This document shows, one piece after another, positions 42,004 through 52,642 of a stretch of 64,000 bases of DNA. Below the pieces are notes generated by a model. That model was not told the DNA's origin. It saw only the letters and a list, made by a program, of their open reading frames with translations, and made no database searches. The DNA comes from Spirochaetia bacterium (GTDB lineage: Bacteria; Spirochaetota; Spirochaetia; CADAEX01). Position numbers and translations under genes: made by a program. Location of the stretch: positions 192,001 to 256,000 of the forward strand of contig CAXXHA010000001.1 of NCBI GenBank assembly GCA_963662265.2. Direction: 5' to 3'. The stretch's first letter is position 1. Each line of letters begins with the position of its first letter.

Positions 42004-43509
42004 ATGAAAACTATTTTTCCCGGAACATTGCGGCCTGTAATTCTGAAAGCATTACTTTTTCTTATTTTCATAGTTTACGCACACACTGACCCTGTAAATA
42101 TAAAAATACTCTATGTATCAAATCTGCCTGATATTGAGACAGGGGAAAACAGGGGGGGACTTGCGGAACTCGGGACTCTTGTAAAACAATACAGGAACTC
42201 TGATGACAATTTCATATTTCTTCACGGGGGAGACTCTCTTGCCCCAAGCATAATGTCATCATTTGATTACGGAACTCACATGATTGATATATTAAACAGC
42301 ATCCTCCCTGAAGTAATGGCTGTTGATGAAAGGGAATTTGCCTATTCAGAAGATCAATTAATTCTGAGAATCAGTGAAGCGGGATTTCCAATAATTTCAT
42401 CAAATACTACAGATACTATTACAAATAAACCGCTTGAGGGGATGGAAAGGCATAAAATATTCTCAGTCGGAAGTTATAAAATAGGAGTTTTCTCCATTCT
42501 CGCAGCAGAAGTCAGGGAAAGTTACCTGGCAAAAAGGATTTTTGTTAACAGCAACCCTGCTTTTATCGAACAGGAAGCAAGGATGCTAAGGGAAAAGGGG
42601 GCAGATATCATTATACTGCTTACCGGAGAGAACATAACAAATACAGAAAAACTGTTGAATGAAGGGCTGGTTGATATAATCTTAAAATCAGAAACAGAAA
42701 ATGACAGGATAATTCCGCTGGAAAAGGGATTTTTCGCCCAACACGGGTCATCAGACGGGAATTCCCTGCTGCTCAATATTGAAGTTGAAAAAAAAGGGGA
42801 TGTAACAGAGGTAGATACAACAGGCACCTTCGTACTGCTCAACACATGTGGTCCTGACAGGGAAATTCAGGAGAAAATCGACTATTATCTCGGAACGCTG
42901 AATAAAATAATGAGTGCTGTTTCCGGAACAACTTCATTACCCCTCAATACGAAGAGGGATAAAGTAAGAACAGAAGAAAATGCATTCGGAAATTTTGTTG
43001 CCGATTCAATGAGAGACTATTACAATACAGATATTGCAGTCATCAATGGAGGCTCAATAAGAGGCAACAGGTATTACAATCCGGGAACTGACTTTACAAG
43101 AAAAATAATACAGGGAGAACTGCCGTTTTACAATAAAGTCATTCCTGTATATGTCTCAGGCAGGCAAATCCTTCAGATGCTTGAACACGGATTAAGCAGA
43201 ATTGAAGAGATTAACGGAGGCTTTCTCCAGGTCTCAGGAATGAAAGTAAAATACAGTCCTGATGCGGAAAAAGGTAACAGGGTAATTTCTGTGACTATAG
43301 GTGGAAAACTGCTCGAACAGAAAAAAGCATATACTCTTTCAGTTTTGGATTACATGAAAAAGGGCGGAGACGGATTTAACATGCTTAAAAGCGCAGAAGT
43401 TATTGAGAATATGAAAGAGCCTCTAAACAGCTGGGAAGTGCTGAGACTTTACATCGAGAAAAAACAGATTATTGGACCTGTTATAGAAGGGCGGCTGAAA
43501 AGAAAATGA
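42004..43509 (+). CDS. Exported 5'-nucleotidase homolog with a degenerate active site
   Basis: Signal peptide. YVSNLPD / GGD / DEREF / KSETE replace HTNDHHG / GD / GNHEF / GHTH. C-domain keeps RDKVR, NGGSIRG, LPFYN, QVSG, GGDGF. Confidence 0.85.
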   Translation: MKTIFPGTLRPVILKALLFLIFIVYAHTDPVNIKILYVSNLPDIETGENRGGLAELGTLVKQYRNSDDNFIFLHGGDSLAPSIMSSFDYGTHMIDILNSILPEVMAVDEREFAYSEDQLILRISEAGFPIISSNTTDTITNKPLEGMERHKIFSVGSYKIGVFSILAAEVRESYLAKRIFVNSNPAFIEQEARMLREKGADIIILLTGENITNTEKLLNEGLVDIILKSETENDRIIPLEKGFFAQHGSSDGNSLLLNIEVEKKGDVTEVDTTGTFVLLNTCGPDREIQEKIDYYLGTLNKIMSAVSGTTSLPLNTKRDKVRTEENAFGNFVADSMRDYYNTDIAVINGGSIRGNRYYNPGTDFTRKIIQGELPFYNKVIPVYVSGRQILQMLEHGLSRIEEINGGFLQVSGMKVKYSPDAEKGNRVISVTIGGKLLEQKKAYTLSVLDYMKKGGDGFNMLKSAEVIENMKEPLNSWEVLRLYIEKKQIIGPVIEGRLKRK

Positions 43510-45158
43510 AATTATCCGGGAATAAATCAGGCAAAATAAAAAAACGGAGCATAGCCGGTCCTATTACCCTGAGCCAGTCAGTAATAATATTCATGATGAT
43601 GCTGGTAATGGGATTATCACTTTTCTTCTTTATAAATATCAGGATTTCATTTCTGAATTTTTCTGAACAGACTATCCACGGAATCAAAAACAGCTCAGAC
43701 CTGAACAATGAAGTAAAACAGCTTCTTATAGATACAGAGAGGCTGATGGCCTCAGATTCAAATCCCGAGAGAAGACTTGCATATGAGGATATTCTAAGGT
43801 CAACTGAAATAATCAAAGAAATACAGGAAAGGAAAAAATTCAACGACAGGAATGTAAGGAACCACATAGAAATTATTACTGACACACTGAATGAACTCAA
43901 CTCACTTGTGGAAGAAAAAATCAAATATAATAATCTTGCACTAGAAAAAATGTATGATCTCATGCTGTTTCTTGAAAAATACCAGGATCTTGAAAGAAAA
44001 AAAGAAAGAGCTGTTTTTAATGCAAATACATTCAGAAACACAATTTCCTGGTACTTCAAGATATCCGGTATAACAAGACAGGCCGGTGCAGTTTTCCAGA
44101 TGAATATTTTTTATGATATCAACAAGACTGAAAAACAGATAATATCGGATCTGGCAGAAATGGAAAAACAGCTGTATGATTTTCCAGACTCTTCAAGGCA
44201 TTTTTATGAATCTGATTTAGAAAATCTAAAAAAAATTATTCTGGGAGAAACAGGGTTATTAAACCTTGTTAAGGAAAAAACAAAAATTTCACTCAAGACA
44301 ACAGGAAGGGGAAACTTCACAAGAACACTGCTGAATGATTTCATCTACATAAGTTCAAATATTTTCAACCGTGTAATTGAATATACTGAAATTCAGACAG
44401 CAAGACTCACAAACCTGATAAACAGCTTCTTTGATTTTTTTCTTATACTTCTTATTGCCACCCTGATGATTTCCATAGGCATGGTCCTTTATGTGAGGAA
44501 AAAACTGACAAAGAGGCTGCTGCGCCTTAACGGTGAAATTCTTGAAAAAGTTGCAGGCTTTGACATAGGGATAACTGTTGAGGGGAATGATGAATTATCT
44601 GACATGGCAAAAAGTTTTCTTTTCTATGAAAACGAAGTAAAACTGAGAGAAGAGGAGCTGAACAAAATAGCTTCCCAGGATTTCCTCACAGAAATAAGCA
44701 ACAGAAGACATTTTATTGAACTGGCTGAAAAGGAAATTGCAAGAGGGAGAAGATACAGCTTCCCGGTAATTCTGCTGATGCTGGATATTGATTATTTCAA
44801 AAAAGTCAACGACACATACGGACACTATTCAGGAGATGTTGTACTTAAAGAATTTACAAATCTCTGTAAAAGCATTATAAGGGAAAATGATATTTTCGGC
44901 AGGCTTGGCGGTGAGGAATTTGCAATAATACTTCCTGAAACAGATCTTGACGGGGGAATAAAACTTGCAGAGCGTCTTAGAACAGCAGTAGAGGAAAGCA
45001 GCTGGACAATAGATGATGAAGTTATAAAAATCACGGTAAGTATCGGGGCAGCAGAATGCAGCTGCAGCAGTGATACTGCGCTCGAAGTTGTATTGAAAAA
45101 AGCAGACAGCGCCTTGTACAGGGCGAAAGATGAGGGGAGAAACAGGACCTGTTATTAA
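43506..45158 (+). CDS. Membrane diguanylate cyclase (periplasmic helical domain, HAMP, GGDEF)
   Basis: 2 TM; HAMP GNDELSDMA; DIDYFKKVND; RxxD I-site REND; GGEEF. ATGA overlap with the upstream gene. Confidence 0.92.
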   Translation: MKLSGNKSGKIKKRSIAGPITLSQSVIIFMMMLVMGLSLFFFINIRISFLNFSEQTIHGIKNSSDLNNEVKQLLIDTERLMASDSNPERRLAYEDILRSTEIIKEIQERKKFNDRNVRNHIEIITDTLNELNSLVEEKIKYNNLALEKMYDLMLFLEKYQDLERKKERAVFNANTFRNTISWYFKISGITRQAGAVFQMNIFYDINKTEKQIISDLAEMEKQLYDFPDSSRHFYESDLENLKKIILGETGLLNLVKEKTKISLKTTGRGNFTRTLLNDFIYISSNIFNRVIEYTEIQTARLTNLINSFFDFFLILLIATLMISIGMVLYVRKKLTKRLLRLNGEILEKVAGFDIGITVEGNDELSDMAKSFLFYENEVKLREEELNKIASQDFLTEISNRRHFIELAEKEIARGRRYSFPVILLMLDIDYFKKVNDTYGHYSGDVVLKEFTNLCKSIIRENDIFGRLGGEEFAIILPETDLDGGIKLAERLRTAVEESSWTIDDEVIKITVSIGAAECSCSSDTALEVVLKKADSALYRAKDEGRNRTCY

Positions 45159-45422
45159 TCAACTACACCTCTGGCGCTCATACCAGCCGGTTTTACGCCT
45201 GTTCCAGCTGGTACGGGCCAGATACGGGCTTTTTTACAAGCAGCGGGGTATTTTTAAACCAGCGAGAAGAGTAGCTACCTTTACACGAAAAATCCCAAGA
45301 AAGTGAAGATAAGAAGGCAGGCCTTATTACCCCGACCTGCGAATAAACAGAAAAAACTCAATGCTTAACAGTCTGCCTAGTAAAATTATATGTATTTTAA
45401 CAATCACTGCCTGCAATCAGTT

Positions 45423-46324
45423 TCAGGATCCAGCTTTCAGCGTGAGCTTTTCCTTTTCCCTCAGAAACCCGACAAATCCTGCAGAAATAACAGAAAGGCT
45501 TATTATATTAACAGGCCTGAACTGATCCCCGAGAATAACAACACCCATTACCATTGAAAATACAGGGACAAAGTTGATGAAAAAATTAGTCCTGGAAACA
45601 CCTATTTTCTGGATAGAATCCTGCTGAAGAGTGTATCCGAGAAATGTGGAAAAAATCCCCATAAACAGATATACGCCCCCATATATTAGCAGAATAGGAA
45701 AACGGAGATATACCATTAACAAGAATAAACGGAAGAAGAAAAAGCGAAGCACCTGAAAGGGTGTAGAAAGTTGAAACAACTGATGATATTCCGCAGCCAT
45801 GTTTTCTGATTAAGAGAGAATAAACAACCCATATAACCATGGCAGCTGTCATCAGAAAAGTACCTGTACTGAATCCACCTGAAAAAAGAAGAGCAAAATC
45901 CCACTTCACAATAATTGTCAGAACCCCGAGAAATGCGGTCAAAAGAAAAAAACAGCCCCTTTCTGTTCATCGGCTCTGAAAAAATAAGAAAACCAAGCAA
46001 CGCGGAAAGCAGGGGATTGAGAGTATTTATCGAGCTTGATTCAAGTACATCAATTGTGAGTAGAGCGGCAAAAAACAGAAGATGATATCCCACCATTCCG
46101 AAAATACCTATAAGCATTATGACTAAAGCTTTACGAAGCGGCAGGCGGAAAGAGGTTTTCTTTATCTCTCCGTATATGAAAAGACAGACAACTGCGACTG
46201 CAAAGCGGTAGAAACTCATCTCAACCCCGCTTACAACAGCCCCTCCGATCTTGCCTGCAATAAAAGCACCGGCCCAACAGAGCGCTGCAATAGTCATATA
46301 AATATAAGATCTGTTCATCTTCAC
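45423..46324 (-). CDS. DMT/EamA family transporter, two frameshifts
   Basis: CWAGAFIAGK, FYRFA, GYHLLFF, FINFVPVF spread over three frames. Indels near 45950 and 45678. Confidence 0.85.
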
Positions 46325-46518
46325 TCTCCGGGTAAATTATACCGTGTAATCTGTTTTGTTTAAACAAGCGGAAAGATTAAATAATACAGAGAAATAACTT
46401 AACAGGTCGATTTCAGTTTTGGAATTATTGAATATTGAATCATTCTGTCATTTTCCGGCAGATTTCCAACATCAAATAAATCCATCCCCTGCTGCCTGAT
46501 TTTATATCATTTCACAGG

Positions 46519-47229
46519 TTAGAATTCATATATGCTGTTTCCAGGTGTAAGAAGCGCAGTCTCGGTCTCTGCAGAGCAGTATTTCTCAAGAAGAGCTGCA
46601 ACCATATCCCGCGCTTGTAACGCCCTTTTCTCACTCTCCCCGCCGATTGCATCAATATTCATTATTATACTTTCAGTATTCTCACCTATCTTTGTCCTGT
46701 CCCCGTTTCTCCAGTTCCATCTCCTGCACATTACATCTTTACTCTCTTCAATGAAATAAATAACTTCACCAGATTCAGGATTCTCACTCCTATCCGGCAT
46801 ACCAAGGGGAATAAAATTTTCAGAACCGTCTGAAACACCAAGCTTGAATGTGGATGAAGGGGCAATAATATCATCCCCCCCTACCGGCAGGATATTCTGA
46901 ATTGAAACTATATTCATGACAGCTACTACAGAATTTATAAAGGGAATCTCGGTTTTCTTCTTCTGAATCCTTTTTATCAGCGCAATATGTGCAGGAGGGA
47001 ATTTATTGGGATTTGAATTAAATTCTCTGTGTGCATCTTTCCAGTCTGTTATGCGGTGATCATTTTCAAGATCGACAGGATTATCAAAGCGCTCTGAAAG
47101 AGTATCTTTAAGCATCTCATACAGCCCTGTATCATCAGCCCTGTTCTTCATATTTCTCGCAATTACAATACCTCTTCTGAAAGAGGGATATTTTTCAAAT
47201 ATTCCATCTTCTATCAGTATTCTGCCCAT
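46519..47229 (-). CDS. Standalone B3/4 domain protein (PheRS-beta editing-like)
   Basis: NPNKFPPAH.AL.KR, INSVVAVMN.VS, P.GGDD, GEVIY, MCRRWNWR. GGAGG RBS. Confidence 0.85.
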   Translation of the reverse strand: MGRILIEDGIFEKYPSFRRGIVIARNMKNRADDTGLYEMLKDTLSERFDNPVDLENDHRITDWKDAHREFNSNPNKFPPAHIALIKRIQKKKTEIPFINSVVAVMNIVSIQNILPVGGDDIIAPSSTFKLGVSDGSENFIPLGMPDRSENPESGEVIYFIEESKDVMCRRWNWRNGDRTKIGENTESIIMNIDAIGGESEKRALQARDMVAALLEKYCSAETETALLTPGNSIYEF

Positions 47230-47321
47230 AGTTTCCTCCATTTACCTGACTGCTTATTCCTGAGGCAGCAGGCTGATTCCAGCTGTTTTACCAATAATTG
47301 TATGGAACAGCCTATATATGC

Positions 47322-47352
47322 ATGATAAACTATCCAGTAACTGGAAGGTCAA
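47322..47352 (-). promoter_or_regulatory. MerR-type promoter/operator with 19-bp spacer
   Basis: Minus strand TTGACC-N19-TATCAT with perfect dyad TCCAGT-N-ACTGGA (47333-47345) in the spacer. Confidence 0.85.
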
Positions 47353-47402
47353 GTTTTTTCCCATTACAGGGGTCAACTTTTTCCAGCTGGTAAAATTATT
47401 TC

Positions 47403-48227
47403 ATGGATAAATTATTCTTCACAATCGGTGAAATATCAAAACTCTATAACATCCCCTCCAAAACACTGCGCTACTATGATTCAATAGGTCTTTTCAAACC
47501 ATCCAGAATAAACCCGGAAAACAATTACAGGTATTACTCAGTAGAGCAGTTTGAAATGCTGAATTCGATAAAATACCTGCGGCATATGGGATTTTCCATA
47601 GATGATATAAAAAAACACATAAAAACAAGGGATTCAGGCTCATTCAGAGACAAGCTGCTTGAATACAGGAAAATAAATGAAGCGGAAATTGAGAGACTTA
47701 AGACTGTGACTGAATCTCTCAATGAGAGAATTGCTGAACTTGATAATGTACTGAATAATGCTGATTTCGGAAAAGTGGAACTTGAAAGATTTCCTGAAAG
47801 AAAAATTCTCCGCCTCAAAGAGAATTACTCCGACATATCAGGGCTTGAGCTTAATCTCAGAAAACTTGAAAACAGCGCAGGAATTGATCCCTCGATTATT
47901 ATCGGGCGTGTCGGGGTTACGGTGAGCAGGGAGAACCTTGAGAAAGGGATTTACAGCATATATAACTCGATATTTATCATACAGGACAGCGGAACGGAAA
48001 ACCGATATACAGAAATTCTCCCCCCGGGGGATTATGCATCAGTATCTGTAAACTGCGGAGATCACAGCAGCTCACCTGTTTATTACAGGAAGATATTCAG
48101 TTTTCTGGAAAAGAACAATTACAGGATATGCGGCGATGCTTCTGAAAGGGTTGTCATTGATTCTTTTATTTCTTCGGCTGAATCTGAACATCTTACAGTT
48201 ATTGAAATACCTGTAAGCAAACTGTAA
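47403..48227 (+). CDS. MerR family regulator with GyrI-like effector domain (BmrR-like)
   Basis: FTIGEISKL..TLRYYDSIGLFKP..NNYRYYS; C-terminal LPPGDYA...IEIPV. Confidence 0.92.
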   Translation: MDKLFFTIGEISKLYNIPSKTLRYYDSIGLFKPSRINPENNYRYYSVEQFEMLNSIKYLRHMGFSIDDIKKHIKTRDSGSFRDKLLEYRKINEAEIERLKTVTESLNERIAELDNVLNNADFGKVELERFPERKILRLKENYSDISGLELNLRKLENSAGIDPSIIIGRVGVTVSRENLEKGIYSIYNSIFIIQDSGTENRYTEILPPGDYASVSVNCGDHSSSPVYYRKIFSFLEKNNYRICGDASERVVIDSFISSAESEHLTVIEIPVSKL

Positions 48228-48284
48228 ATATGGCCACAATCCTGCCATATTGCAGCAGTTTATACATAATAATCCTTGTGAAAT

Positions 48285-48998
48285 ATGGACATTCGGTATA
48301 ATGGGCTGTATTTTAAAATAGTGGAACTCGATATTATCAATCTTGGAAGAAGAGACTATAAATCAGTACTCAGGTATCAGGAGATAATGCTTGAAAAAAG
48401 GCAGAACGGAATAATAAATGATACGCTGATACTGGTGGAACATAATCCTGTCATAACAATCGGCAAGAGGGGAATTGAAAGCAATATTACAGTTTCCAGA
48501 GATCTCCTGGATGAGAAAGGGATAAAGATATATGAAATCTCCCGGGGTGGCGATGTAACATATCACGGCCCGGGGCAGGTTGTAGGATATCCGATAATTG
48601 ATTTAAAAAAAATGGGAATCGGAATAAAGGAATATGTTCTCAGGATAGAAGAAATATTCATACAAATGCTTAATAAAGAGTTCAGCATAGCTGCAGAAAG
48701 GGAAGAGGGAAAATACACCGGAATCTGGATTGGGAACAGTAAAATTACAGCGATAGGAATAGCTGTAAAAAAATGGGTGACAATGCATGGTTTTGCATTC
48801 AATGTCAGCACCAATCTTGATCATTTCAAATGGATTGTACCATGCGGAATTACAGACAGGGAAGTAACCTCTCTCGACATACAGACTGGAAAAACCAACG
48901 ACTTTGAACAGATGAAGAAGATGACTGCCGGTTATTTTGCAGATATATTCGGTTATAAAAATGTTAATGAAAAAGAAGTTGTCCTTGAGGAGTACTGA
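48285..48998 (+). CDS. lipB: Octanoyltransferase
   Basis: [43 protein letters not shown]. Confidence 0.95.
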   Translation: MDIRYNGLYFKIVELDIINLGRRDYKSVLRYQEIMLEKRQNGIINDTLILVEHNPVITIGKRGIESNITVSRDLLDEKGIKIYEISRGGDVTYHGPGQVVGYPIIDLKKMGIGIKEYVLRIEEIFIQMLNKEFSIAAEREEGKYTGIWIGNSKITAIGIAVKKWVTMHGFAFNVSTNLDHFKWIVPCGITDREVTSLDIQTGKTNDFEQMKKMTAGYFADIFGYKNVNEKEVVLEEY

Positions 48999-49864
48999 TG
49001 AGAGAAAGAAAGCCTGAATGGCTTAAAATAAGAGTAAGCAGCAGTTCAAATATTTCTGATGTAAAAGAGATGCTGTCAAGGCTTTCACTGCATACAGTCT
49101 GCGAAGAGGCAAACTGCCCGAACCAGATGGAATGTTTCAGTAAAAGAACAGCAACATTCATGATTATGGGAAGAACATGTACAAGAAACTGCAGATTCTG
49201 CAATGTGGAAAACAACCTGCCTGTCCCTCTTGATAAAAACGAGCCGGATCATATTTCCGAGGCTGTAAAGGAACTCAAACTCAGGCATGTTGTAATTACA
49301 TCTGTAACCCGGGATGATCTTCCTGACGGAGGAGCTGCCCATTTTGCAGAAACAATCAGGGCAGTAAAAAAAGCCTGTAAAAATGTAATTGTCGAAGTGC
49401 TTATTCCCGACTTCAGGGGGGACAGCAGAGCACTTTCGGAAGTAATTGAGGCAGGTCCTGAGATAATAAACCACAATGTCGAAACAGTCCCAGGGCTTTA
49501 CAAAGAGGTAAGACCCCAGGCTGATTATATCCAGTCTCTCAATGTGATAAGGGGAATCAGGGAAAAAGGGAATAATATCTTTTCAAAATCGGGAATAATG
49601 GTAGGTCTCGGGGAGAAACAGGAAGAGGTACTCTCTCTCTTCAGGGACCTGAGAAATGCTGAATGTGATATTCTGACTGTCGGGCAGTATCTTGCCCCCT
49701 CTTCAAAACACTACCCTGTAAAAGAATATATACACCCTGATCATTTCAGGTTTTATGAAGAGGAAGCATTGAAAATGGGATTCAAAAGCGTGGCATCCGG
49801 ACCTTTTGTAAGAAGTTCCTACAATGCTGCCGAAGTTCTTGAGAATGCACTCAGGAAAAAATAA
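48998..49864 (+). CDS. lipA: Lipoyl synthase
   Basis: [24 protein letters not shown]. Confidence 0.97.
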   Translation: MRERKPEWLKIRVSSSSNISDVKEMLSRLSLHTVCEEANCPNQMECFSKRTATFMIMGRTCTRNCRFCNVENNLPVPLDKNEPDHISEAVKELKLRHVVITSVTRDDLPDGGAAHFAETIRAVKKACKNVIVEVLIPDFRGDSRALSEVIEAGPEIINHNVETVPGLYKEVRPQADYIQSLNVIRGIREKGNNIFSKSGIMVGLGEKQEEVLSLFRDLRNAECDILTVGQYLAPSSKHYPVKEYIHPDHFRFYEEEALKMGFKSVASGPFVRSSYNAAEVLENALRKK

Positions 49865-49924
49865 GCTAAATATCAAAGACGGATTTTATTGTAGCGAAAA
49901 TTATCCTTGCAAATAAAATTATAT

Positions 49925-52471
49925 TTACAGGGCATTATCCAGCCATTCTTCATAGTCAAATTCTGAAGAGAGTTTCTTGAGTTTCTCAATATCAAGAGGA
50001 GGACTCAAAATATATCCCTGGATCTCCCGGCACTTCTGGCTCACCAGGTAATCCAGCTGCTTTTTTGATTCTACGCCTTCCGCAACAACTTTAAGCTCAA
50101 GAATATCCGCCATTGATATTATAAGCTTTACAACTTCAGTATCATTTTTAAGGTCAGGTATATTATGTGTAAAAGCCTTGTCGATTTTCAGAATATCAAG
50201 GGGTAGATCTTTTAAATATGAAAGAGAAGAGAACCCTGTACCGAAGTCATCCATGGCAATTCTGATCCTGCTTTCCCTGAGTTTGCCCAGAACAGAATAG
50301 ACTTCTTCAAGGTGGTTTACAGCAACGCTTTCTGTTATTTCAAGTTCAAGCATTTCAGGATCAAATGATGTTTCTTCAAGAACCTTCAAAACCATGCTGT
50401 CCAGTTCTGATGAAAACTGTATACCGGAAAGATTTACCGCAGCCTTCAGCTTGTATCCAAGCTGACTGCTCAAGGCCCCTATATCAGAGCAGGTCTGTTT
50501 AAGAACAAATTCCCCTATAGGGATTATAATGCCTGTTTCCTCTGCAATTGAAATAAACTCATCAGGGGGAATCAGGATATCGTTGTAGAGTTTCCATCTT
50601 ACAAGAGCTTCAACACCTGAGATTCTTTTCCTGTCAAGATCCAGTTTAGGCTGATAGAAAACACAGATTTCATCTCTTTTAAGAGCCCCCCGGATAAGAT
50701 TTTCATACTCAATTTTTTTCTGTACAGAAAGGTCCATGTCATCCCTGTAACAGGAAATCCTCCCCCTTCCCTCTTTTTTCCCTGCATTTATTGCAATATC
50801 TGCCTTTTTATACAGCTCCCATGGATCTGTTGTATTATCCGGAAATACTGCCACACCCAGGGAAACAGAAACATGAATACGCAATTCGCTGTCAATTTCG
50901 ATAGGCCTGTCAAAAAGGGATAATATTTCTGAAGGGAGAACAGCCTCTGCCTCATTCCTGTCCTTCACCGGGGAGATGACTGCAAATTCATCGCCCCCCA
51001 GGCGGGCAAGGCAGCTGTTTTCAGGCAGGTTGATTTTAAGCTGATGCGCCACAGCTTTAAGCATTTTATCACCCTGATTATGACCGTATGCATCGTTGAT
51101 ATTCCTGAAATTATCTATATCTATCAGAACCATTGAAAGACAGCTTTTATTCCTGTCTGCGCTGACAACTTCTTCGGAAATTCTCTCTGAGAAATGATGC
51201 CTGCTGGAAAGACCGGTCAGCATATCATGGTTTGCCTGGTACTGGAGCTGTTCTTCATAAATATGCCTCATTGTATCATCAGCAAGAATACTTGCAAAAT
51301 TTGAAATTTGCCCGTTTTTATCACGGATAGACACTATTGAAGTCGACTGAATATACTGCTCACCGCTTTTTCTTTTATTTACAATCTCACCCTTCCAGTA
51401 ACCTTCTTCAAGAAGAGATTTCCAGAGCTCTTTGTAGAAATCATTGTCATGGACCCCGGACTGAAGCAGTGATGGATTCCTGCCAAGCACCTCTTTTGCG
51501 GAATACCCGGTTATCCTTGTAAATCCCGGATTTGTCTGAAGTATCAGCCCGCTGGAATCTGTAATCATTATCCCTTCAGCGCTGTTTGCTACTATTTTAT
51601 TTGAAAATTCAAGATCTTTTGTCCTTTTAAATATTTCAGCTTTCAGATACCTGTTAATTGAATACATGATCAGAACAGCAACTGAAAAAAACAGAATCAC
51701 AGATATGAAAATTATATATAATTTCCTGTTTATTTTTTCTGACTGATACATCCAGCTGTTGAGAAGTTTATAATAATATGAGTCTTTATCCTCTTTAAGC
51801 TCTCTGACACGTTCCATAATACGGTCAAGCTTCTCTTCAAAACCTGATCCCCTGGCAGTAACAGCATATCCGGGCAGTGGATTAAAGACTGTGGAAGTCG
51901 GTTTTACCCCTTCAACCCCGGCAAGAGATGCATTGTAAATAACCCCGGCATAAACCTCTCCTGTTCTTACACCGTTAAGTACATCACTGAAAGTGAGGTA
52001 TTCCTTTATTGAATAAATAATTCCGAGACTGGAGGCAAATTTCTTGAAATTTCTGCCGTTTATATCATTTGCAATAATACCTATTTTTCTGCCGTTCAAC
52101 TGGTTTATTTCAGAGTAATCAGTATCAGATGCAACAAAGAGCTGGCCCCATCCTGAAATAACAGGAGTATCTGGAAAGTAGAAGAGTTTTTCGCGCTCCG
52201 GATTTTTAATAAGAGCGGCAAACAGCTGTATATCCCCGGATATCATTTTAGGATATAGCCGTGAAAAGCTGGCAATTTCATACCTGTATGAAATACCCAG
52301 TTCATCCATTATCCTGCTGAACAGCTCAACAAAGAAACCTGCAGGTTTTCCATTCTCATCAATAAAAGATGTGGGTCTTGCATCAGGTACCATCCCGAAC
52401 ACAATTTCATCTGAATAAAGAGTATTTGATACTGTCAGTAGCAAGATTGCAAACAATAATTTCTTAAGCAT
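49925..52471 (-). CDS. SBP3-TM-PAS-GGDEF-EAL protein
   Basis: Periplasmic family-3 domain; PAS (G.WKGEI.NKRKSG); GGDEF; EAL, DDFGTGFSSL. Confidence 0.92.
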   Translation of the reverse strand: MLKKLLFAILLLTVSNTLYSDEIVFGMVPDARPTSFIDENGKPAGFFVELFSRIMDELGISYRYEIASFSRLYPKMISGDIQLFAALIKNPEREKLFYFPDTPVISGWGQLFVASDTDYSEINQLNGRKIGIIANDINGRNFKKFASSLGIIYSIKEYLTFSDVLNGVRTGEVYAGVIYNASLAGVEGVKPTSTVFNPLPGYAVTARGSGFEEKLDRIMERVRELKEDKDSYYYKLLNSWMYQSEKINRKLYIIFISVILFFSVAVLIMYSINRYLKAEIFKRTKDLEFSNKIVANSAEGIMITDSSGLILQTNPGFTRITGYSAKEVLGRNPSLLQSGVHDNDFYKELWKSLLEEGYWKGEIVNKRKSGEQYIQSTSIVSIRDKNGQISNFASILADDTMRHIYEEQLQYQANHDMLTGLSSRHHFSERISEEVVSADRNKSCLSMVLIDIDNFRNINDAYGHNQGDKMLKAVAHQLKINLPENSCLARLGGDEFAVISPVKDRNEAEAVLPSEILSLFDRPIEIDSELRIHVSVSLGVAVFPDNTTDPWELYKKADIAINAGKKEGRGRISCYRDDMDLSVQKKIEYENLIRGALKRDEICVFYQPKLDLDRKRISGVEALVRWKLYNDILIPPDEFISIAEETGIIIPIGEFVLKQTCSDIGALSSQLGYKLKAAVNLSGIQFSSELDSMVLKVLEETSFDPEMLELEITESVAVNHLEEVYSVLGKLRESRIRIAMDDFGTGFSSLSYLKDLPLDILKIDKAFTHNIPDLKNDTEVVKLIISMADILELKVVAEGVESKKQLDYLVSQKCREIQGYILSPPLDIEKLKKLSSEFDYEEWLDNAL

Positions 52472-52642
52472 TATATTTCTCTAAAAATCAGCTATATAAT
52501 AATCATATAATATACCGGCCAATTTACCAGTAAATTTAATAATCAAATTTAACATCACATAATAATCTTTATTGTTCAACATATTCAGCTGACAGTTTTA
52601 ATCTATTTGAAATAACCAGGCCAATCTGCTACTATATTTACA

